A stretch of 64,000 nucleotides of DNA from Macrostomum lignano (taxonomy: Eukaryota), in the NCBI GenBank assembly GCA_002269645.1, contig NIVC01001410.1:186001-250000 (forward strand). The letters are read 5' to 3'. Positions 25,451 to 36,381 of the stretch are shown here, piece by piece. Made by a program: the position numbers and the translations under genes. Positions within the stretch are counted from its first letter, which is position 1. Every line of letters begins with the position of its first letter. The notes below the pieces were generated by a model, which was given only the letters and a program-made list of their open reading frames with translations, ran no database searches and was not told the DNA's origin.

Positions 25451-28400
25451 GTCAGCCCTCGGCCCGTTCGAGAAGCTCCTCGTACGGCAGCTGGCCTGTC
25501 TCTTTTGCCAAGCAGGCTGCTGATGATCAAGATGCTGATGAGGTTCAGCCTCCCGACCAGGCAACGGCATGCGGAACAGCTTCATCGACTCGGCGGCACC
25601 ACCTGACGGTGCCGCTGGCGCACGCGCACCGCCGACGCTGCGCTTCGCTGTCTCACCGAGCACCAGCCTGCGACACGCGGTGGCCGCCTCTGAGCCTGCC
25701 GACGCTGCCGCCGTCGCGTAGTCGGCCGCCCGCCGGCCGGAGGCGTCTCGCAGAGCCGCAGCGTCTCGCGGCATCCGCGACAGGAGCAGCCGGCACACGC
25801 GGGGCTGCTGATGGTAGCAGGCGAAGTGCAGCCCGGTGCGGCCCGTGTGGGGCGTGACGGCTGAGGCCAGGCTCGCTGCGGGGTGGGATGGGGCGGCTGC
25901 TGTACTGATCATCCCAGTCCGCATCCACACCAGCCTGCACCCACACCAGCCTGCACCCACACCAGCCTGCACCCTCCCCAGCCTGCACCCACCCCAGCCT
26001 GCATCCACCCCAGCCTGCACCCACTCCAGCCTGCACCCACCCCAGCTTGCACCCACACCAGCCTGCACCCACCCGAGCCTGCACCCACTCCAGCCTGCAC
26101 CCACTCCAGCCTGCACCCACCCCAGCCTGCACCCACCCCAGCCTGCACCCACCCCAGCCTGCACCCACTCCAGCCTGCACCCACACCAGCCTGCACCCAC
26201 CCCAGCCTGCACCCACTCCAGCCTGCACCCACCCCAGCCTGCACCCACTCCAGCCTGCACCCACTCCAGCCTGCACCCACCCCAGCCTGCACCCACTCCA
26301 GCCTGCACCCACCCCAGCCTGCACCCACCCCAGCCTGCACCCACTCCAGCCTGCACCCACACCAGCCTGCACCCACTCCAGCCTGCACCCACCCCAGCCT
26401 GCACCCACTCCAGCCTGCACCCACTCCAGCCTGCACCCACACCAGCCTGCACCCACCCCAGCCTGCACCCACCCCAGCCTGCACCCACTCCAGCCTGCAC
26501 CCACACCAGCCTGCACCCACCCCAGCCTGCACCCACCCCAGCCTGCACCCACCCCAGCCTGCACCCACTCCAGCCTGCACCCACCCCAGCCTGCACCCAC
26601 TCCAGCCTGCACCCACCCCAGCCTGCATCCACCCCAGCCTGCACCCACTCCAGCCTGCACCCACTCCAGCCTGCACCCACCCCAGCCTGCACCCACTCCA
26701 GCCTGCATCCACCCCAGCCTGCACCCACCCCAGCCTGCACCCACTCCAGCCTGCACCCACTCCAGCCTGCACCCACACCAGCATGCACCCACTCCAGCCT
26801 GCACCCACACCAGCCTGCACCCACTCCAGCCTGCACCCACCCCAGCTTGCACCCACACCAGCCTGCACCCACCCCAGCCTGCACCCACTCCAGCCTGCAC
26901 CCACTCCAGCCTGCACCCACACCAGCCTGCACCTACCCCAGCCTGCACCCACCCCAGCCTGCACCCACTCCAGCCTGCATCCACCCCAGCCTGCACCCAC
27001 CCCAGCCTGCACCCACTCCAGCCTGCACCCACCCCAGCCTGCATCCACCCCAGCCTGCACCCACTCCAGCCTGCACCCACACCAGCCTGCACCCACTCCA
27101 GCCTGCACCCACTCCAGCTTGCACCCACACCAGCCTGCACCCACACCAGCCTGCACCCACACCAGCCTGCATCCACCCCAGCCTGCACCCACTCCAGCCT
27201 GCACCCACCCCAGCCTGCACCCACTCCAGCCTGCATCCACCCCAGCCTGCACCCACCCCAGCCTGCACCCACCCCAGCCTGCACCCACACCAGCCTGCAC
27301 CCACCCCAGCCTGCACCCACCCCAGCCTGCACCCACTCCAGCCTGCACCCACCCCAGCTTGCACCCACACCAGCCTGCACCCACCCCAGCTTGCACCCAC
27401 ACCAGCCTGCACCCACCCTAGCATGAACCGACACCAGCCTGCACCCACTCCAGCCTGCACCCACCCCAGCTTGCACCCACTCCAGCCTGCACCCACCCCA
27501 GCTTGCACCCACACCAGCCTGCACCCACCCTAGCATGAACCGACACCAGCCTGCACCCACCCCAGCATGCCAGGCACCCCATCCTAGGCACCCCAGACAC
27601 GCCAAACACCTCGACACCCCAGCCTGCACTCACGCAGCATCTGCAGGAAGATCCGCACGAGTCCCACAGAGCCGGCCCGACAGCAGGCCAACACGAAGGC
27701 AGAGTGCGCCACCGTTTCTGGTTCGACGTCTTCCTGATCTTCCTCCTCCTCCTCCTGATGCTCCTCTGCCGTTTCGTCAGCCAACAGCGCCTTATCCTGG
27801 GCCAGGACTCCCCGCTGTGGCCGCTGCCCTCGAGCTGCCGCTGCCTTGCCGCTTCGCAGCCGCCCCAGCCGCCGCTCCCTGGCCACCCCCGCCAGCCAAG
27901 CTGCTATCGACCTCTCATCCCTGCCGTCCTCGACGTCGTCAGCGAGCTGTCTGAAGACCGGCCGCACCGTCAACTGGAGAGTTGCCTCGGTCGGCAGGTC
28001 GGCTTCGGTCAGTTCGCGGCCACGCAGCAGCAGCTTCGTGCTCGCCGCGGTGTACCCGGACAGCAGCTCGAGCTGACGGAGGATCTGCTGCACCGCTGTA
28101 TGCCCGCCGCTGTCCGGGCTGTACGACACGTTCACGATGCCTTCGCGAGGCAGCAGGACGAAGCATTCGGCCACCTGATCCGCCTGCTGCCGCTCCTGGC
28201 GGATGGGCAATGATTATCCAGACAGGTGAGACATGATTATCCAGACAGGTGCAACATGATTATCCAGACAGGTGAGACATGATTATCCAGACAGGTGCAA
28301 CATGATTATCCAGACAGATGAGACATAATTATCCAGACAGGTGAGACATGATTATCCAGACAGGTGAGACATGATTATCCAGACAGGTGCAACATGATTA

Positions 28401-29252
28401 TCCAGACAGATGAGACATAATTATCCAGACAGGTGAGACATGATTATCCAGACAGGTGAGACATGATTATCCAGACAGGTGAGACATGATTATCCAGACA
28501 GGTGAGACATAATTATCCAGGCAGGTGCAACATGATTATCCAGACAGGTGAGACATGATTATCCAGACAGGTGAGACATAATTATCCAGGCAGGTGCAAC
28601 ATGATTATCCAGACAGATGAGACATAATTATCCAGACAGGTGAGACATGATTATCCAGACAGGTGAGACATGATTATCCAGACAGGTGAGACATGATTAT
28701 CCAGACAGGTGAGACATAATTATCCAGGCAGGTGCAACATGATTATCCAGACAGATGAGACATAATTATCCAGACAGGTGAGACATGATTATCCAGACAG
28801 GTGAGACATGATTATCCAGACAGGTGAGACATAATTATCCAGGCAGGTGAGACATGATTATCCAGACAGGTGCAACATGATTATCCAGACAGGTGCTACA
28901 TGATTGTCCAGACAGGTGCAACATGATTATCCAGACAGGTGAGACATGATTATCCAGACAGGTTAGACATGATTATCCAGACAGGTGAGACATGATTATC
29001 CAGACAGGTGAGACATGATTATCCAGACAGTACATCAGGATCTGTGCCCAGTTGCCGCACCTGCAATCCGCCGGAGTCCAGCAGGTGCAGCCCGAAGAAG
29101 CTGAGGCTGCGCCTGTCCTCGTCCATGTCAAAATCTTTGCCATTTTTATCGCCTCTGGTGCTATGCTGCTGGCTGTGCTGGTTTCCATGGCAACCGAAAC
29201 CTACTCCGCTGCCGCTGCTAATGGACTGTTGAATCGCTCGACGGGCAGACAT
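25448..29252 (-). CDS. Ubiquitin-like-domain plus ankyrin-repeat protein, complement(join(25448..25875,27634..28195,29061..29252)); start uncertain (ATG at 29252 or 29126)
   Basis: UBL-like segment LELLSGYTAASTKLLLRGRELTEADLPTEATLQLTVRP; ankyrin-like SAFVLACCRAGSVGLVRIFL and HTGRTGLHFACYHQQPRVCRLLL...DASGRRAADYA. Minus-strand donors GTGCGG (29060) and GTGAGT (27633); acceptors at 28196 and 25876 give phases 0 and 1. Confidence 0.75.
25925..27630. repeat. 16-bp minisatellite (CAGCCTGCACCCAC[C/T/A]C), about 105 copies, intron of the UBL-ankyrin gene
   Basis: Direct reading; explains all the 450-660 aa ORFs here. Confidence 0.96.
28209..29027. repeat. 23-bp minisatellite (GATTATCCAGACAGGTGAGACAT), about 35 copies, intron of the UBL-ankyrin gene
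   Basis: Direct reading. Confidence 0.95.
29181..29194. promoter_or_regulatory. Perfect RFX X-box-like palindrome GTTTCCATGGCAAC
   Basis: Matches the GTTNCCATGGNAAC consensus; 55-68 nt upstream of the minus-strand ATG at 29126. Confidence 0.5.
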
Positions 29253-29771
29253 TGAGAGCAGAGACCTGGGGTCAGACAAGGCGGGTGGGCTTCGTCAATC
29301 TGCCTGCTGTTTCCCTATTGTCTGCTTTCTCCTTATTTTACCTTTCTCCATTTTTATGCCTCAACTGTCTGTCTCTGTTATAAAAACAAGCCGGCTAGAA
29401 GTTCTATTTAGAAGTCATGACCCGTCTTTCTCCAAAGCTGAGCAGCTCTCTACCTTCTGCCTGCCTACTAGTGAAACCTGCCTGTCATTGTTTGAGGCCT
29501 GCTCACAAGCCTCACCGGGTGCAGCTCTTATCAATGATGCCATTGTATCCATTCTGTCTCTGCTTTACTCTCACTGCCACTGCGCATTTAATAGCTGAGG
29601 GTTGTCTGCAGCTGAGTACAGATGTTTGGAGAGAGAAACCCGAGCCTAAACGAATGGCAAAGTTCAGCCTCTTGGTCACGCCCCACTTTCTGTCGGAGTT
29701 CCTTTGGTTTCCAAAAACAAATTTTCTTTGATTTGAGTTCACAATTCCCACTGTTGACAGCCACGAATACT

Positions 29772-30072
29772 CACAATCCTGAATCTTCACAATCCTGAAT
29801 CTTCACAATCCCGAATCTTCACATTCCCAAATCTTCACAATCCTGAATCTTCACAATCCTAAATCTTCACAATCCTAAATCTTCACAATCCCGAATCTTC
29901 ACAATCCTGAATATTCACAATCCTAAATCTTCACAATCCTAAATCTTCACAATCCTAAATCTTCACAATCCTAAATCTTCACAATCCCGAATATTCACAA
30001 TCCCGAATATTCACAATCCTGAATATTCACAATCCTTAATCTTTACAATCCCGAATCTTCACAATCCCGAAT
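29772..30072. repeat. 16-bp minisatellite (AATCTTCACAATCC[T/C][G/A]) in the divergent intergenic region
   Basis: Direct reading. Confidence 0.92.
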
Positions 30073-30485
30073 ATCAATCCACGCATTCTACCTGAAGGCA
30101 GCCCACTCTCACTCAAACTGTAACACAAAGCAAGTACAGTCGCCAAGCCCAAGTCAAAGTCAGAGTTGCTCAATTCGTTCGCCCAGCTCAAACCGCAGGC
30201 TTTGCTCACCTGACCAGGAAAAAAGCCGAAGTTGTTAAAGGGTTTTTCTTCGTATTAGCTTGGTACATTTGGCTGCTCACATGAGCCCAGCCAGCCACGT
30301 ACTTATAGGCATTGCCATGCACTGCTCACTTCAGCTGTTATCTCATCTGACAGAGCAAATGCTTTTTAATCTGTCACGCCTGGCTGAGCACTCACTGCAC
30401 ACTAACACTGGCCCAGCAACAGCCATCGAACTGAGCCTGTCAGCCAACTGCAGTCTCTGACAGTCCCGCCAGTGTCACACCTCTG

Positions 30486-33400
30486 ATGCAGTCAGCCCCG
30501 ACCTTCAAGCTGGTGCTCATCGGCGAGAGTGGGGTGGGCAAAACCTCCTTGTTCATGCGGGTCAAGGAGAACCGCTTCTGCTCCGAGGCCGCTCTGGGAC
30601 TCGAGTTCTGCACCGCCGATGCCACCGTGGATGGCGTCAGGATCAAGGTGGGTGACTGACTGACTGACTGACTGACTGACTGACTGACTGACTGACTGAC
30701 TGACTGACTGACTGGCTGACTGACTGACTGACTGACTGGCTGACTGACTGACTGACTGACTGGCTGACTGACTGACTGACTGACTGACTGACTGACTGAC
30801 TGACTGACTGACTGACTGGCTGACTGACTGACTGACTGACTGACTGACTGACTGACTGACTGACTGGCTGACTGACTGACTGACTGACTGACTGACTGAC
30901 TGACTGACTGACTGACTGACTGGCTGACTGACTGACTGACTGACTGGCTGACTGACTGACTGACTGACTGACTGCTCACCAGAAAGGTTTCAAAAAGCAT
31001 CGGACTTACCAATTTACTGGCTGCAAAGTTACAAAAATTTGGCTTATCGACCGCAGCGCTTCTGAGCAGACCCAGCGGCAGCTCAGGCCAGCAGCTTCAT
31101 TATCAGCTCCCAATATTGGGACAAACTGCGATAACAAAGGTTCCGCCTGAGCACTGTAGAATTTACAACCGCTGCGTAATGCTTAAGGTCCAGGTGGATT
31201 AGAGATTAGGCTGGGGTCGGAGTGGCTGCTCCCGGTTATGCCTTAGCTCGGGAATCAGCTGGGAGGCTGGGAGATCAAATCTATTTCTAAGCGCGTGGAT
31301 TTGTTTGAAGAACGAAACCCCCTCTGACTGTGTCTGACAGGTGGAATGCAAACTCCGCTTTTTTAGACAGAATTTTTAGCATTGACAGGCGCGTACAGGT
31401 ATGCATTAGTGACGATTGGCTGACTGCTTCATCAATGCTCACCTGAGCACTGGCTGGAGTTGCCTGTCCCGCACTGGCCCTGGCCATTGTGTTGCAACAA
31501 CAGGACAGCTCTCAGCGCCCGCCCACTCGCAATTCGTCAATTAATTTGAAGGGCTGGTCAGAAACTGTTCGGAGCGACTGCGGGTGGCCGGGGATGATGG
31601 GGGGCTGGCGGCAGCTGGGCTTGCTCATTTTGTAGCTTTCTCTGCTTTAGAACTTTTCTTATCATGATGAGGCCTGCCCACCGTATCTAACAGGTTGTCG
31701 GCCCGCCCTGTCTACCAGACTGTTTACTCTCCCAATATACCAGACTGTCTACTCTCCAAGTATACCAGACTGTCTACTCTCCAAATCCACCAGACTGTCT
31801 ACTCACCCAATCTACCAGTCTGTCTACTCACCCAATCTACCAGTCTGTCTACTCTCCCAATCTATCAGACTGTCTACTCTCCCAATCTACCAGACTGTCT
31901 ACTCTCCCAATCTACCAGACTGTCTTCTCACCCTCTCTACCAGACTGTCTACTCACCCTATCTACCAGACTGTCTACTCACCCTACTTTATATTCCAGCT
32001 CGCACTCTGGGACACGGCAGGCGTGGAGCGATTCCGCACCCTGACCAGGAACTACTACCGGCACTGCCACTGCGCCCTGCTGGTCTGCAGTCTGGACGAC
32101 AAGAGCTCGCTGGACAATTTGCACAGGTGGAACCAGGATGTCGACTTCTACTGCAAAGACTGTGAGGACGCTGGTCCCACCCGACCTCAGCAAGACCCCA
32201 GCCCAAGGACCACTGCAGTATAACAGGACGTAAAACTCAAAGATCCTGGAATTTTTAGGAGGCCAGTTTCCTAGAAAGACTGCGGAGAAAGGAAAAATTC
32301 ATCTTTGCGGTGTATTATATAGATTTTTACGTCCCGTTATACTACAGTGGTTCTAGACCCAGCCTGGCCCCACCCGGCCCCACCAGACCCCACCAGACCC
32401 CACCTGACCCCAACAGACCCCACCTGACCCCACCTGACCCCACCTGACCCCACCAGACCCCACCAGACCCCACCTGACCCCACCTGACCCCACCTGACCC
32501 CACCTGACCCCACCTGACCCAAACCGACCCAACAAGACCCCACCGACCCCACCAGACCCCACCTGATTCAACCAGACCCAACCAGACCCCACCAGACCCC
32601 ACCCGACCCCACCAGACCCCACCTGATTCAACCAGACCCAACCAGACCCCACCAGATCCCACCAGACCCCACCAGACCCCACCAGACCCCACCAGACCCC
32701 ACCAGACCCCACCAGACCCCACCAGACCCCACCAGACACCACCAGACCCCACCAGACCCCACCAGACCCCACCAGACCCCACCAGACCCCACCAGACCCC
32801 ACCAGACCCCACCAGACCCCACCAGACCCCACCAGACCCCACCAGACCCCACCAGACCCCACCAGACCCCACCAGACCCCACCAGACCCCACCAGACCCC
32901 ACCTGAACCCACCTGACCCCACTCGACCCCACCTGACCCAACCCGACCCCGCTTGTTGCCACTCCTTCTCCATTCCCATTCTCCATTGACTCCATTCCCA
33001 CCCACCCCTGAGCCACTCCATCAGTCGCAGCCATGACCACCCCGCAGGCTTGAAGGTCATTGTGGCCAACAAGAATGATCTGCAACCCGAGGTGTCCGCA
33101 GAGCAGCTGCAGAACTTCGCTTCCACCTTCGGCTGCAAGCAGGTATTTTACGTGTCAGCGAAAACTGGTGAGCATTTGTGAGGATACAGATTTGTAGCCA
33201 GCTGCATACTTGTGATGCTGAGATTGATCCCAGTGAGATTCATGATGCTGAGATTGATCCCAGTGAGATTTATGATGCTGAGATTGATCCCAGTGAGATT
33301 TATGATGCTGAGATTGATCCCAGTGAGATTTATGATGCTGAGATTGATCCCAGTGAGATTCATGATGCTGAGATTGATCCCAGTGAGATTTATGATGCTG

Positions 33401-35378
33401 AGATTGATCCCAGTGAGATTTATGATGCTGAGATTGATCCCAGTGAGATTTATGATGCTGATATTGATCCCAGTGAGATTTATAATGCTGAGATTGAACC
33501 CAGTGAGAGAGATTTATGATGCTGAGATTGATCCCAGTGAGATTTATGATGCTAAGATTGATCCCAGTGAGATTTATGATGCTAAGATTGATCCCAGTGA
33601 GATTCATGATGCTGAGATTGATCCCAGTGAGATTCATGATGCTGAGATTGATCCCAGTGAGATTTATGATGCTGAGATCGATCTCGGTGAGATTTATGAT
33701 GCTGAGATTGATCCCAGTGAGATTTGTGATGAGATTGAGATTGATCACAATGAGATTGATCACAGTGAGATTGATCCCAAAGAGATTGATCCCAAAGAGA
33801 TTGATCACAATGAGATTGATCACAATGAGATTGATCACAATGAGATTGATCACAATGAGATTGATCACAATGAGATTGATCACTATGAGATTGATCACAA
33901 TGAGATTGATCCCAAAGAGATTGATCCCAAAGAGATTGATCACAATGAGATTGATCACAATGAGATTGATCACAATGAGATTGATCACAGTGAGATTGAT
34001 CCCAAAGAAATTGATCCCAAAGAGATTGATCCCAAAGAGATTGATCACAATGGGATTGATCACAATGAGATTGATCACAATGATATTGATCACAATGAGA
34101 TTGATGACAATGAGATTGATCACAATGAGATTGATCACGATGAGATTGATCACAATGATATTGATCACAATGAGATTGATCACAATGAGATTGATCACAA
34201 TGAGATTGATCACAATGAGATTGATCACAATGAGATTAATCACAATGAGATTGATCACAATGAGATTGATCACAATGAGATTGATCACAATGAGATTGAT
34301 CACAATGAGATTAATCACGAAGAGATTGATCACAATGAGATTGATCACAATGAGATTGATCACAATGATTTGATCACAATGAGATTGATCACAATGAGAT
34401 TGATCACGATGAGATTGATCACAATGATATTGATCACAATGAGATTGATCACAATGAGATTGATCACAATGAGATTGATCACAATGAGATTGATCACAAT
34501 GAGATTAATCACAATGAGATTGATCACAATGAGATTGATCACAATGAGATTGATCACAATGAGATTGATCACAATGAGATTGATCACAATGATTTGAACA
34601 AAATGAGATTGATCACAATGAGATTCATCACAATGATTTGATCACTATGAGATTGATCACTATGAGATTGATCACAATGAGATTGATCACTATGAGATTG
34701 ATCACTATGAGATTGATCACTATGAGATTGATCACAATGATTTGATCACAATGAGATTAATCACTATGAGATTGATCACTATGAGATTGATCACAATGAG
34801 ATTAATAACAATGAGATTGATCACTATGAGATTGATCACAATGAGATTGATCACTATGAGATTGATCACAATGGGATTGATCACAATGAGATTGATCACA
34901 ATGAGATTGATCCAAATGAGATTGATCACTATGAGATTGATCACAATGAGATTGATCACAATGAGATTGATCACAATGGGATTGATCACAATGAGATTGA
35001 TCACAATGAGATTGATCACAATGAGATTGATCACAATGAGATTGATCACAATGAGATTGATCACAATGAGATTGATCACTATGAGATTGATCACAATGAT
35101 TTGATCACAATCATTCCCACTTGTCCGCAGGTGATGGAGTTCAGCAGCTGCTGACGGACACGGGGCGGCTGTTGATGGGCGCCCACCTGCTCGGCCGAAA
35201 AGCGTCGACACGCACGACAGCAGCAGGCGGCCCAGCCTCCGGTCGACCAGCTTCATCTGGCGGCGCCCTCAGGCTGGACGCAGCGGGAGGGCGTCGCGGC
35301 TCGGCCGGTGCCGGGCAGCTGCGGCAGGACGGGGCAGAGGGGGAGGCCGGAGAGAAGCGGTGCTGCAGACTCCTCTGA
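30486..35378 (+). CDS. Atypical Rab-family small GTPase, join(30486..30647,31999..32161,33048..33167,35131..35378), 230 aa
   Basis: G1 GESGVGKT, G3 WDTAGVE, RFRTLTRNYYR, G4 ANKND, G5 VSAKTG, C-terminal CCRLL prenylation-type motif. GT-AG introns with phases 0,1,1. Confidence 0.9.
30653..30975. repeat. (GACT)n microsatellite starting at the donor of Rab intron 1
   Basis: Direct reading. Confidence 0.97.
31708..31982. repeat. About 25-bp minisatellite (CTACCAGACTGTCTACTCTCCCAAT), 3' part of Rab intron 1
   Basis: Direct reading. Confidence 0.88.
32370..32945. repeat. 10-bp repeat (CCACCAGACC), Rab intron 2
   Basis: Direct reading. Confidence 0.95.
33212..35110. repeat. Rab intron 3 array: 30-bp unit (TGATGCTGAGATTGATCCCAGTGAGATTTA) grading into 15-bp unit (TGAGATTGATCACAA)
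   Basis: Direct reading; transition at about 33720-33780. Confidence 0.95.
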
Positions 35379-35630
35379 TGATGGTGGATCTGATGTTCTT
35401 GAGTTAATACGAGCATATCAGATGGAGAGTAAATTTTTCTGAGCCGCTGGCTCGTGCTCAGTTTGAGCCAATTTGGATTTGTATTTGTAACTCTCCATTG
35501 GCAGCTTTTTAATACTGTGTTTTAATTCATTACTTTTATTTGCATGCAGCTGCATATGTAAGTGGGCATCGGGGTCAACTGAGGACATACTAGTGTATTA
35601 CGAATCGTTCAATGAGTATATAACGTTATA

Positions 35631-35935
35631 GACAGCGGGGTCAATTAAGGTCACATAAAGAAACAATCAATAAGTACAGATAGACAGCGGGGTCAATTAA
35701 GGTCACATTAAGAAACAATCAATAAGTACAGATAGACAGCGGGGTCAATTAAGGTCACATAAAGAAACAATCAATAAGTACAGATAGACAGCGGGGTCAA
35801 TTAAGGTCACATTAAGAAACAATCAATAAGTACAGATAGACAGCGGGGTCAATTAAGGTCACATTAAGAAACAATCAATAAGTACAGAGAGACAGCGGGG
35901 CAATTAAGGTCACAAAGAAACAAACAATAAGTAGT
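35631..35935. repeat. 52-bp tandem repeat, 6 copies, containing GGGTCA-ATTA-AGGTCA
   Basis: Unit starts at 35631, 35683, 35735, 35787, 35839 and 35891. Confidence 0.93.
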
Positions 35936-36381
35936 TATACTAGGGGACAGCAGGGTCATTTGAGGTCACACATTGAGTTCGAATCACGATGAAGCCCTAC
36001 GGAAGTTGCCTTGAAAAGTTTGAACGAAGTCGCCGAAGTTGGGCGCGAAACATTTCGCAGAAAAGTCATTCGTCTACAAGCCAAATTGGGACGAACTGAT
36101 GCAATTTTATCAATTTGGTCTATGGTTGAACCCATCAAGATGGAATTCCAGCCCCAGGAGAAAATAGTGAGCTCTCATCACTGTACTCGAACTAAGCTTG
36201 CAAAAGGGACGCTTGACTATTAATTTTATATTGAATTTTTGTTTCTTCAACTGTCAGAAAGAAAGCCTAAAAAGTCTATTAGAAGCGAGCCAGCAACTTA
36301 GCAAATAGCGGCACAGAAAAAGCAGCAAGCAGCAAAAAACGCACACCAAGCAGCAGGCAACTGAAGCAGCAGCCAGCCGGA

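Noticed and set aside
25653-27629. Six overlapping 450-660 aa ORFs on both strands
   Set aside because: Products of the 16-bp repeat (48-nt, 16-aa period); the region is an intron with good splice sites.
25448-29252. Naming the UBL-ankyrin gene ANKUB1
   Set aside because: Domain combination is similar but I could not match the sequence to recalled ANKUB1; left unnamed.
33212-34597. 461-aa EIDHN-repeat ORF in the sense direction of the Rab gene
   Set aside because: 15/30-bp units keep frames open; the Rab G5 motif (SAKTG|DGV) is joined correctly only by removing it.
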